This document shows, piece by piece, positions 39,258 through 48,270 of a stretch of 64,000 nucleotides of DNA. Within the stretch, counting starts at the first letter, position 1, and each line of letters begins with the position of its first letter. The translations under genes and the position numbers were made by a program. Under the pieces are notes generated by a model. It was not told the origin of the DNA. It was given only the letters and a program-made list of their open reading frames with translations, and did not search any database. Source of the DNA: an uncultured Acidobacteriota bacterium (GTDB lineage: Bacteria; Acidobacteriota; Thermoanaerobaculia; Multivoradales; UBA5704); assembly GCA_963770895.1 (NCBI GenBank), contig CAVYRF010000002.1, positions 160,001 through 224,000 on the forward strand, in the 5' to 3' direction.

Positions 39258-41525
39258 ATGATCGAACCTTCGCGCCAGCTGGTGCTCGGCGTCCCGGTCG
39301 AAGGCCGTCTGGAAGGCAAGAACGCGGACGTCTTCGATGTCCACCTCGAAACGGGTCAGTTCGTCCACCTGGTCGCCGAGCAGCTCGGCCTGGACGTCAA
39401 GCTGCGCCTGTTCAACCCCGGCCATCAGCTGTTGACGGAGGTGGATAGTCCGATCGGCAGCCGAGGCGCCGAAGAAGTGACGCTGGTCGCGGCGGCGAGC
39501 GGGCTCTACCGGGTGGAGGTGAGCGCGGGCGACGCCAAGCCGGGCGGCGGCACGTATCGCCTGCGGATCGAATCCCTGCGCGCCGCCACCGAGGCCGACC
39601 GCAGGACGGCGACGGCGGAGCACATGTTCAACTCCGCCGAGGTGCTGCGCCGCGGGGGCCAGACGCAGCAGGCCCTGCTGGACTACCGCCTCGCCTGCCG
39701 TGAATGGGAGGCATTGGGCGATCGGCCGCGCCAGGCGACCTGCCACTATCGGATGGGCTGGATGGAGCACGCCCTGGAGAAGCCACCCCATCTCGAGGAG
39801 GCCGACAGACACTTCCAGGCGGCCCTCGATCTGCTGGGCGAAACCGATCCGTCGCTCCAGGCGACGATCTGGAACCGCCGCGGCAGGGTCCTGCTGGCGC
39901 TCGGCCGGGTGGATCCGGCCCGCGCCGCGCACGAGCGTGCGCTCGCGCTGTTCCGCAACCTCGGGGACCGCGACGGCGAGGCCGAGGCGCTGCAAAATCT
40001 CGGCATGGTCGAAAGCCGCGGCGACGCTGCCCTTGCCAAGCAGCACTTCGTGAGCGCGGTCGCGTTGTGGCAGCAGCTGGGCAACATCAAGGAAGAGAAA
40101 TACACCCGGAGCAGCCTGGCGAGACTCCCGCGGCACACCGGCATGCCGGCGGCGCCGTCGTCCGCGGCGCTGCCGGGCAGCGGTGCACCGCTGGCGGTCC
40201 AGGACGTCGCGGAGCGCCACGACGCGGCCTTCGCTCCCATCCTGGACGCCGGCACCCTGGTGCTGCGCTACGAGCTGGGCGACGAGCACGGCACCCTGTG
40301 GACTGCGACAGCCGCCGGTCCGCTGGGCCAACACCCGCTGCCCGGGCGCGCCGCGGTCGAGGCGGTGGCCAGCCGGCTGTTCGCGGCGGTGCAACAGGAC
40401 GGCGCGCAGGCCCAAGCGGAATGGCAAGCCGCCGCCACCGATCTCAGCCGTATGTTGCTCGCACCGGCGGCGGCCCACTTGATGGAGCGCCGTCTGGTGG
40501 TGGTAGTGGACGGTTGGCTTGAGCGCGTGCCGTTCGCCCTGCTGCCGGAACCGCGGCCGGCGGCCGGCGAGCCGGCCCAGGAGGCCGCGCAGCCGCTGCT
40601 CGAGCGCCACGAGATCGTCTACCTGGCGGCGGCGACCGCGGCGGCCGTGCTCGACGGGCCATCGCGACGCCAGGGCGGGTTGAGGGAGCCTGGGCCGGCG
40701 GTGGTGGGCGCTCCGGTGCTGCGCGCCGACGATCCCAGACTGGCCGGCACCGCTGCCGGCGGCACCGCGGGCCGCCCAGAGCTGCCGGCGGACCTTGTCG
40801 CGGCGCTTGCCGGCGTCGGCCTGGAGGAGCTGCCGGCGCTGCCATTCAGCCTGGCCGAGGCGGAGGCGATCGTCGAGCTCATGCCGCAGCTCGCACCGGT
40901 CCACGCCCTGGGCCTGGACGCCAACCTGGACCTCCTGCGGGGCACCGCGCTGCGCGGTTTCCGCATCTTGCACCTGGCGGTCCTGGCCGTCCTGGCGAAG
41001 GCAGGGTCGGGCCTGGTCGTGTCCTGCTTCGATGCCAGCGGCAGGCCACGCCCCGGCTTTCTGCGCCTCGCGGACCTGGCCCGCCTGAACCTTCCGGCGG
41101 ATCTGCTGGTGGTGACCGGATCGCGGCTGTCCGGGGAAGCCGGCGTGGGCGGCCTCGAGCTGGTGGGCGCGGCAATGCAGGCCGGCGCGGCCAAGGTCGT
41201 GACGTCCCTGTGGAGCGTCGAGGACCAGAGCGCCGTCGAGCTGATGAAGCACTTCTACAAGGGGTTGCGGCAAGGCGCCCTGGAACCGGCGGCGCTGCGG
41301 CAGGCACAGCTTGCCGTGGCCGCGGATGCGCGGTGGCACGCCCCCCGCCATTGGGCCGGATTCCTGTTTTCGGGCGACTGGCGCCAGGGCCGCCGGGGGC
41401 ACCGGCCTGGCGGCGGCACCATCGAAGCCGACGACAAGGGCGGCACCGGCAGCTCGGGGCCGCAGGGCAACGACATGCCTCCTCCCGACGAGGACGTCAG
41501 CTATGACGAAGGGAGCGGGCAATGA
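39258..41525 (+). CDS. PPC-TPR-CHAT paralogue lacking catalytic residues (pseudoprotease)
   Basis: Same architecture but LHLAVLA replaces LHFATH and VVTGSR replaces VLSGC; retains SLWSVED and HWAGF; acidic tail. Confidence 0.85.
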   Translation: MIEPSRQLVLGVPVEGRLEGKNADVFDVHLETGQFVHLVAEQLGLDVKLRLFNPGHQLLTEVDSPIGSRGAEEVTLVAAASGLYRVEVSAGDAKPGGGTYRLRIESLRAATEADRRTATAEHMFNSAEVLRRGGQTQQALLDYRLACREWEALGDRPRQATCHYRMGWMEHALEKPPHLEEADRHFQAALDLLGETDPSLQATIWNRRGRVLLALGRVDPARAAHERALALFRNLGDRDGEAEALQNLGMVESRGDAALAKQHFVSAVALWQQLGNIKEEKYTRSSLARLPRHTGMPAAPSSAALPGSGAPLAVQDVAERHDAAFAPILDAGTLVLRYELGDEHGTLWTATAAGPLGQHPLPGRAAVEAVASRLFAAVQQDGAQAQAEWQAAATDLSRMLLAPAAAHLMERRLVVVVDGWLERVPFALLPEPRPAAGEPAQEAAQPLLERHEIVYLAAATAAAVLDGPSRRQGGLREPGPAVVGAPVLRADDPRLAGTAAGGTAGRPELPADLVAALAGVGLEELPALPFSLAEAEAIVELMPQLAPVHALGLDANLDLLRGTALRGFRILHLAVLAVLAKAGSGLVVSCFDASGRPRPGFLRLADLARLNLPADLLVVTGSRLSGEAGVGGLELVGAAMQAGAAKVVTSLWSVEDQSAVELMKHFYKGLRQGALEPAALRQAQLAVAADARWHAPRHWAGFLFSGDWRQGRRGHRPGGGTIEADDKGGTGSSGPQGNDMPPPDEDVSYDEGSGQ

Positions 41526-42955
41526 GCGATGCGGTGTATTTCAACGGTCTGGACGGGGACTCGGGCAGCTATCTGCTGGATCCCAGGACCGATGCGGAGA
41601 TCGCAACCGCTCTGCTCGCGCAGCGGCGGGAGCGGCGGCTCCCGGAGGAGTCGGAAAGCTTTCGCGGCCCGATCCTGGGTGTGGACGCGCAGAACCTCGA
41701 GCAGGCAGGTTGGGGGTTGGTGATGCCCGAGGATGTCGGCGACGGGCCCGCCGCGGAGCATTGGCGTGCCGTGCGCCGCGCGCTCGAGCCGCTTTGCGAG
41801 TTGCGCGCCCGCGAGGCCGGCCCGCTGTACCGCGACAGCCTGACCCAGCCGCGGCCCCTGTTCTATCGCCCGAAGGAGAGCGCGGAAGATTTCCTCTACC
41901 GCTATTGCGCAAGGCCCGAAGATCCGGTGGACCCTGCGGAGGTGCCCTACTATCTGCTCCTGGTCGGCGACCCGGAGACGATCCCCTTCGAGTTCCAGTT
42001 CGATCTCGACGTTCAATACGCGGTGGGGAGGATCTGCTTCGACCGCCCGCAAGACTACGCGGCCTACGCGACCGCAGTGGTGAACGCCGCCGGAGGCGAG
42101 GTGCAGCGGCAGCGCGAGGTGGCGATCTTCGCCGTCGAAAGGGACCCCACCACCTGCCTCACCGCGAACAGTCTGGCGCGGCCCCTGGCGGAAAACCTTG
42201 CCGCCGTGCGAGACGGCTGGCGGCTCCATACGCGCTTCGGTCCGGATGCCGACCGGGCCCAGCTCGCCGCCCTGATGCAGGCGGCGGAGCGGCGCCCCGC
42301 CCTGCTGTTCACCGCCAGCCACGGCGTGGGGTTTCGCGGCCAGTCCGAGCCACGGCAGAAGCTGCGAGAGGAGATGCAGGGGGCGCTGGTCTGCCAGGAC
42401 TGGGAGGGGCCCGGAACGCCGCTCGTGCGGCAGCATTACCTTGGGGCGCCGGATCTCGAAGACGCTCACGTGGACGGACTGATCGCGATGTTCTTCGCCT
42501 GCTACAGCGCTGGCACGCCGCAGTTCGACAGCTTCGAGACCGACGACCAGCGTCAGCCGCTGCAGATCGCCGCCCGGCCATTTGTCTCGCGGCTGGTGCA
42601 GCGCATGCTCAGCCATCCGAACGGCGCGGCGCTGGCGGTCATCGGGCACGTCGATCGCGCCTGGACCCATTCGTTCGGCGACGGCGCCTTCGAACGGTCC
42701 AGGATCGCGGTGTTCAACGACCTGGTCCAGGGCCTCCTGCAGGGCCTCCGGGTGGGATATGCAATGGAGCCGTTCGCATTCCGCTACGCGGCGCTGGGCA
42801 ACAAGATGTCGAACATCTGGGAGTCGCTGGGGACCTACGGTTCCCCCTTCACCCTGGACGACATCGGCAGCGCCTGGCGAAACCGCAACGATGCGCGCAA
42901 CTTCGTGCTCTTCGGCGACCCCGCCGTGCGGCTCGCCGTCGGCGAGTGGGGGTGA
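41522..42955 (+). CDS. Clan CD (C25/gingipain-like) cysteine-peptidase-fold protein, no signal peptide
   Basis: ATGA overlap with the CHAT paralogue; YYLLLVGDP..IP, YAVGR, FTASHG, FFACYS, LFGDPAVRL. Confidence 0.72.
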   Translation: MSDAVYFNGLDGDSGSYLLDPRTDAEIATALLAQRRERRLPEESESFRGPILGVDAQNLEQAGWGLVMPEDVGDGPAAEHWRAVRRALEPLCELRAREAGPLYRDSLTQPRPLFYRPKESAEDFLYRYCARPEDPVDPAEVPYYLLLVGDPETIPFEFQFDLDVQYAVGRICFDRPQDYAAYATAVVNAAGGEVQRQREVAIFAVERDPTTCLTANSLARPLAENLAAVRDGWRLHTRFGPDADRAQLAALMQAAERRPALLFTASHGVGFRGQSEPRQKLREEMQGALVCQDWEGPGTPLVRQHYLGAPDLEDAHVDGLIAMFFACYSAGTPQFDSFETDDQRQPLQIAARPFVSRLVQRMLSHPNGAALAVIGHVDRAWTHSFGDGAFERSRIAVFNDLVQGLLQGLRVGYAMEPFAFRYAALGNKMSNIWESLGTYGSPFTLDDIGSAWRNRNDARNFVLFGDPAVRLAVGEWG

Positions 42956-43101
42956 ACCGCCGGCTGGGCGCGCCGCTCGGCACGCCGGCGGCCCGCGTGT
43001 CCCGGCGACGTGGGCGGGGGGCACTGGAAAAGGAAAGGATCTTCGGTTGGGTGCTCGGCTCCGATCTCGGGGATACGAGCAAGGTCGAGGAGGAGGAAGC
43101 C

Positions 43102-43296
43102 ATGAAGAAGCATGCGCAGAGCTCCAAGGGACGCATCCTGGGACGGCGGCTGGCGCGCGAGCTGCCGAATCAGGAGCTCGGCCGCGCCGCCGGCAGCAGC
43201 GCAATCGGAGTGTGGACGTACACGCTGCTCTATCCGTCCGATCCCGGCGGCCCGAGCTGGGACAGCAGCGGCGGCGGTGGGACGATCCTGGTCTGA
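43102..43296 (+). CDS. 64-aa graspetide (microviridin-like) RiPP precursor peptide
   Basis: AGGAGG RBS; MKKHAQSSKGRILGRRLARELPNQELGRAAGS-SAIGVWTYTLLYPSDPGGPSWDSSGGGGTILV; immediately upstream of ATP-grasp ligase. Confidence 0.85.
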   Translation: MKKHAQSSKGRILGRRLARELPNQELGRAAGSSAIGVWTYTLLYPSDPGGPSWDSSGGGGTILV

Positions 43297-43322
43297 GGCG
43301 CCCACACCCCGACACCATCGGC

Positions 43323-43346
43323 CCCGGCCGGCAGCCGCCGGCCGGG
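43323..43346 (+). other. Perfect 10-bp GC hairpin between precursor and ligase (mRNA stabiliser/attenuator)
   Basis: CCCGGCCGGC-AGCC-GCCGGCCGGG, no U-tract. Confidence 0.6.
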
Positions 43347-43401
43347 TGCTCTGCATGATGCGCCCTGGCCCCTTCCCGTCGAGCGCTTTCCCCCTCCCGC
43401 C

Positions 43402-44550
43402 ATGCCCAGATACCTGATCGCGACCGAGCCGCGCGACCTGCACGCGGTCGAGGTGGCGATGGCGCTCGAGGAGCGCGGCGCCCAGGTTGCGCTCTGGATG
43501 GGGGCCGACTTCCCCACGCGGCTCGCGGGGTCGATCGAGGTGCGGGACGGGCGGACGTCGTGGGAGCTGCGCGCGGCGGGCCAGGCTGCGGTCACGCCGC
43601 CGTTCGACGGCGTGTGGATGCGGCGGCCGACGGCGCCGCGGCTGCCGGAGGGCCTGCACCCGGCGGACGTGGCGGTGGCCGAGCGCGAGACGCGCGAGCA
43701 CGTTGCCGGGCTCTACTGGCTGGCGGCGCCGGAGGCGTTCTGGGTCAACCCTCTCGCCAGCCGCGGGCGCGCCGAAGCCAAGGCGGTGCAGCTCGCCCTG
43801 GCGGCGCGCCTCGGCTTCCGCGTGCCGCCGACGCTGCTGTCGAACGACCCGGCGCGCATCCGCGCCTTCCTGGCCGAGCACCGCGGGAGCGCGATCTACA
43901 AGGCCTACTACCCCGCCGGCTGGGAGGGCGCCGCGACCACGGCAGTCCTGGGCACCGCGGAGGTCGCGTCCGAGGACCTGCCCGACGACGAGATCCTGCG
44001 CGCCACGCCCGGGATCTTCCAGGCGCGCGTCGACAAGGCCTACGAGCTGCGGGTGACGGTCTTCGGCGGCTTCCTTGCCGCGGCACGCCTCGACTCACAG
44101 GCGGTCGAGGAGGCGCGCCTCGACTCGCGCGCCGGCGGCCCGCGGCTGCCGATCCGGCCAGCCGAGCTGCCGCCGGCGCTCGCGCGGCGCTGCTTCGACC
44201 TGCTCGAACAGCTCGGCATCGTTTTCGGCTGCTTCGATTTCGCCGTCACCCCGGCAGGCGAGCCGGTGTTCTTCGAGGTCAATCCGGCCGGGCAGTTCCT
44301 CTGGGTCGAAGAGGCCTGCCCCGACATCCCGCTGCTGGCGCCCTTCGTCGACTTCCTGCTCGCCCGGCGCCGCGACTTCCAGTGGAGCCCCCATCCCGGC
44401 GCCATCCGCCACGCCGACCTGGTCGGCGCCGCGCTCCGCCGCACCCAGGAGCTGGCCGCCCGCCACGTCGAGCCGCCGCCCCCCTTCGTCCACCCCGAGG
44501 CGGACGCCGGAGAGGGCGAGGGAAAGCGTGACGGAGAGGGATTACGGTAA
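43402..44550 (+). CDS. MvdC/MvdD-family ATP-grasp RiPP macrocyclase
   Basis: FWVNP, KAVQL..A...GF.VP.TLLSNDP, IYK, IFQ..VDKAYELRVTVFG, FGCFDF, FFEVNPAGQFLWVE. Confidence 0.92.
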   Translation: MPRYLIATEPRDLHAVEVAMALEERGAQVALWMGADFPTRLAGSIEVRDGRTSWELRAAGQAAVTPPFDGVWMRRPTAPRLPEGLHPADVAVAERETREHVAGLYWLAAPEAFWVNPLASRGRAEAKAVQLALAARLGFRVPPTLLSNDPARIRAFLAEHRGSAIYKAYYPAGWEGAATTAVLGTAEVASEDLPDDEILRATPGIFQARVDKAYELRVTVFGGFLAAARLDSQAVEEARLDSRAGGPRLPIRPAELPPALARRCFDLLEQLGIVFGCFDFAVTPAGEPVFFEVNPAGQFLWVEEACPDIPLLAPFVDFLLARRRDFQWSPHPGAIRHADLVGAALRRTQELAARHVEPPPPFVHPEADAGEGEGKRDGEGLR

Positions 44551-44560
44551 GGTACAGGCC

Positions 44561-44803
44561 ATGAGCGACCCCCACACACCGCCGCCAACGCCGCCGCCCG
44601 CCGGCGACGGAACCCACGCCCAGCCGCCGGCGCCCGAGTCCGTCTCTCACCTCCAGGACCGCATGCGCAGCATCGCCGCCCGCCTGCGCGACGCCGCCCA
44701 GGACCTGGGCGCCGAAGTCATGGTCGACATCCCCAGCCGCCTGGGCGATCACTCGGGCCTGCTGATCGCCCTCGCCAACGAGCTCGAGCAGCTGGTGAAG
44801 TAA
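44561..44803 (+). CDS. Small hypothetical protein directly downstream of the ATP-grasp gene
   Basis: ATG 10 nt after the ligase stop; Pro-rich N-terminus and amphipathic helices; GC3-rich codons. Confidence 0.6.
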   Translation: MSDPHTPPPTPPPAGDGTHAQPPAPESVSHLQDRMRSIAARLRDAAQDLGAEVMVDIPSRLGDHSGLLIALANELEQLVK

Positions 44804-44919
44804 CCCGCCGCGCCGCCTTGAGCGCAGGCTCCGCCACACCGGCTGCGGTCGGCGAGCGCCGGCCGATGGCTTGACCGCGCAAGGCAGTTGCACAGCACCG
44901 GGCTGATTGGAACGGGCCG

Positions 44920-45531
44920 TCGAGGGTCGGCATGCATTTCGTGGCCAGCGCCGCTGGGCACGCGGAGATGATCTGGGCCACCTTCGAGCACGTCGCCAAC
45001 GCGCCCGACGTCACCTATTCGTACAACTCGACCAGCGGCGCCAAGACCGTCACCCAGAACACCGCGGGCACCTGGCTGTTTGCTGCCAGCGGCTCCACCG
45101 GCCCCTGGAACCAGGTGCACATGAGGGCCAACGGCAGCACTATCAACGTCATGGAGAACACGCCGAGCGACACGCTGCGCATGAATCCCTGGGGATCCTC
45201 GCCCAACCAACCGCCCAATCCCCTGGCGACCGCCGCGGCATCCAACACCGACATCATTTCGATCAACCAGAGCGTGCTCACCCAGCTCACGGTGGGCGAC
45301 GTGCGGGCCAACTACGTGATGCGCGGCTCGACCTGGACCGAATTCGGTCCCCCCGACCTCCCCTTCCCCAGCGGCATCGAAGTCGGCACCAGCCAGCTGG
45401 CCAACACCACCATGGAAACCTATCAACAGGGCACGGGCACCTTCAGCAAGAGCGTCAACTGCTTCTTCTGCCACAACACCAACACCACCGCCGTCAGCCA
45501 CGTCTTCTCCGACATCAAGCCGCTGTTCTGA
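44920..45531 (+). pseudogene. C-terminal fragment of a c-type heme (CxxCH) protein
   Basis: VGMH...WATFEH, LANTTMETY.Q, NCFFCH; no signal peptide or N-terminal part. Confidence 0.6.
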
Positions 45532-45606
45532 TTCCGAGCTGGAACCCGACGCCTTCGCCGTCTTTCCCATCCCCTCCCCACCGCCGGCCGCCGGCGCCGC
45601 CGCGAC

Positions 45607-48150
45607 CTACCGGCGGTCCGGCGCCGGCGGCGGGAAGGACGGTGGGGCGTCGCCGGCGGCGCTGCCCCAGGCGACGTCGGGAGCATCCGCCAGGTCGAAG
45701 TCCAGGCGGCCGCCGCGCGCGATGAACGACTCCGGCAGCCACGGACGGCTGGAGGCGGTGCCGTCCACCCGCAGCCGGCGCACGTACGGCGCGCCGGCGC
45801 CTGTACCGGCACGCGGCGCGTCCAGCGTCAGCACCGGGCCGCTGGCGCGGCGCACGACGACGTGCGGGAACAGCGGGCTCGCGAGCAGCAGCTCGGCCCG
45901 GCCGGGGATGCCGGGGTACATTCCCATGGCGGACCAGACGTACCACGACGACATCTCGCCCAGGTCGTCGTTGCCGGGGATGCCGTAGGGAAGGTCGCTC
46001 CACAGCTGGTCGAGCACCTGGCGCACCGTCTCCTGCGTGCGGTAGGGCTTGCCCGAGTACAGGTAGATCCAGGGGGCGCCGATCGACGGCTCGTTGTCCA
46101 TTTCGGCGTGCGTGCCGCCCAGGCCGGTGAGCGCCCATGCGCCGCCATCGCCGCTGTTGCCGCCATTGCCGGCATTGACGCCATTGCCGGCACCGGCGCC
46201 ATCGGCGCGATGGAAGAAGGCGTCCAACCGCCGGTTCGCCTGCGCGTTGCCGCCCATGGCGTCGATCAGGCCGCGCAGATCGAACGGCACCATCCAGGTG
46301 TACTGCGCGCTGCTGCCCTCCGCGAAGCCGTCGTCGGCCGCCGGATCGAAAGCGGGCCAGGTGCCATCGGGCAGGCGATCCTGGATGTAACCGCCGGCCG
46401 GAGTGGCGCCGGGGTTCCACACGTTGCGCCAGTAGCCGGAGCGCGCGGCGAAGCGCGCGGCCACCGCCCGGTCGCCGACGCGCAGGGCGAGCTGCGCCAG
46501 GCTGAAGTCGGCGATGGCGTCTTCCAGCGTCTCGCCGGCGCCGCCCCAGGCGTTGGCGCCGGCCGGGATGTAGTGCAGGGCCAGCCAGCGGTCGAGCGCC
46601 GGGCGCTGGCCAGGGCATTCCACCGGGCAGCCGGCGGCAGCACCGTCGTGCGCCGTGGGCACCAGCGCGGCGCGCGCCAGCGAGGCGAATGCCGCCGCGA
46701 CGTCGAAATGCGTGCCGCCGAAGGCGACGATGCCGGCGAGGGCGGCGGGCGACGGGTCGCCCTCCATGACGTGGGTGGCGCCCGAGTTGTGGGTCCAGCG
46801 ATCCCACTCGCCGCCGTTCTGGTCGGCCTGATTGAGCAGCGACTGCGCGATGTCGGAGGCGATCTCCGGCTCGAGCAGGGTCACCAGCTGGAGCTGCGAG
46901 CGGTAGACGTCCCAGCCGGAAAAATTGGCGTATTGGGCGCGCTGCCGGCCGCCGACCGTGTGCACCTGGCCGTCGAAGCCGCGGTATTGGCCGCCGGCGT
47001 CGCTCGCCAGGTTGGGATGCAGCAGCGCATGGTAGAGCGCCGTGTAGAAGGTCACCCGCTGCCGGCGGGTGCCGCCGCCGACCTGGATGCGGCGCAGCGC
47101 GCGGTCCCACTGCTCGCGCCCGCGGCCCGCCACGTCCTCGAAACGTGTACCGGCCGGGTTCTCGCTCGCCAGATTGGCCGCGGCATTGGCCGTGCTGACG
47201 TAGGAGATGCCGACCCGCACGCCGACGGTGGCGCCGGCTCCGTCCCGGAAGCTCACCCAGGCGCCCGACCCCTTGCCCACGACGGGGTAGCCGTCCCCGC
47301 CGTACCCGGTGCCGCCGCGCGCCGCCGTGGCCCCCGGCTCCAGGTGTTGGTCTTCCCACGTGCCAAAGCCGGCGAAGGCGCGGTCGAAAACCGCCACAAA
47401 GTACAGCGTGTAGTAGCTGCGGCGGTCCGCCGCGTCCAGGTAACCGCAGAAGTTGCCGCTGGTCACCGCGCCGCTGACCGTGCGCGCCGCCGCGTCGATC
47501 GCGACCTGTGCGTCGCTGCTGCCCACTTCCGAGTCCGACACACGGATCAACAGGTTGGCCGCGCCGCCGGCGGGAAACGAAAAGCGCGCCGCGCCGGTGC
47601 GCGCCGTCGCCGCCAGCTGAACGCCGATGCCGGACGCCAGGACCACCCGGTAGAGGTCCGGCGCCGCCGTTTCGTTGACATGCGAAAACCCGTCGGCGTA
47701 CACCGCGTCGGTGCCGTCGGCCGCCGGGGAGGAGCGGATCTCCCCGCCGTACGGCATGAACGGCACGTCGCCCGAGGCGCCGCGGCAGCCCGTGCCCGAA
47801 AGGTGCGTCAGGCTGAACCCGCGCACCCGCCGCGCATCGTAGGCATAGCCGCCGGGCGCCGCGACCCGCGTGGCATTGCCGCGCGTCGTCTCGGGGCTCC
47901 ACTGCACCATGCCGAACGGCACCACCGCACCGGGAAACGTGTTGCCGCCGTTGGCGCTGCCGATCCGCGGATCGACGTCCGCAACCGGATCCTCCGCGGC
48001 CGGAGCCTCCGCGGCCGGATCGCCCCCGCCACCCCGATTCGCCGAGCAGCCGCCCAGCGCCAGCGCGACCAACCACCAGACCAGCAACCCCCGTCGGATC
48101 GACTGCGGCAGAATCGCCCCCTCTTGCATGGAGACCGCGTCGCTTGCCAT
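45607..48150 (-). CDS. GH92 alpha-mannosidase family glycoside hydrolase
   Basis: GNTFPGAVVPFGMVQWSPET, FSLTHLSGTGC, FYTALYH, FSGWDVYRSQ, EGSSAQYTW, NEP, PGNDDLGEMSSWYV. Confidence 0.95.
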   Translation of the reverse strand: MASDAVSMQEGAILPQSIRRGLLVWWLVALALGGCSANRGGGGDPAAEAPAAEDPVADVDPRIGSANGGNTFPGAVVPFGMVQWSPETTRGNATRVAAPGGYAYDARRVRGFSLTHLSGTGCRGASGDVPFMPYGGEIRSSPAADGTDAVYADGFSHVNETAAPDLYRVVLASGIGVQLAATARTGAARFSFPAGGAANLLIRVSDSEVGSSDAQVAIDAAARTVSGAVTSGNFCGYLDAADRRSYYTLYFVAVFDRAFAGFGTWEDQHLEPGATAARGGTGYGGDGYPVVGKGSGAWVSFRDGAGATVGVRVGISYVSTANAAANLASENPAGTRFEDVAGRGREQWDRALRRIQVGGGTRRQRVTFYTALYHALLHPNLASDAGGQYRGFDGQVHTVGGRQRAQYANFSGWDVYRSQLQLVTLLEPEIASDIAQSLLNQADQNGGEWDRWTHNSGATHVMEGDPSPAALAGIVAFGGTHFDVAAAFASLARAALVPTAHDGAAAGCPVECPGQRPALDRWLALHYIPAGANAWGGAGETLEDAIADFSLAQLALRVGDRAVAARFAARSGYWRNVWNPGATPAGGYIQDRLPDGTWPAFDPAADDGFAEGSSAQYTWMVPFDLRGLIDAMGGNAQANRRLDAFFHRADGAGAGNGVNAGNGGNSGDGGAWALTGLGGTHAEMDNEPSIGAPWIYLYSGKPYRTQETVRQVLDQLWSDLPYGIPGNDDLGEMSSWYVWSAMGMYPGIPGRAELLLASPLFPHVVVRRASGPVLTLDAPRAGTGAGAPYVRRLRVDGTASSRPWLPESFIARGGRLDFDLADAPDVAWGSAAGDAPPSFPPPAPDRR

Positions 48151-48270
48151 CTACCCAGAAGGCCGCACGCACGCAGCAGACCCCCTGCTTTCGCCAGTAT
48201 ATCCACGCGCTTGCCCCGAGCTCTGGTCGGCGCGCCGCCGGCCGACGGCGACGGCGCACCGGCCGTGACT

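Noticed and set aside
46135-46205. Short GNG/NAG tandem repeat in GH92
   Set aside because: Small low-complexity loop insertion with no evidence of function.
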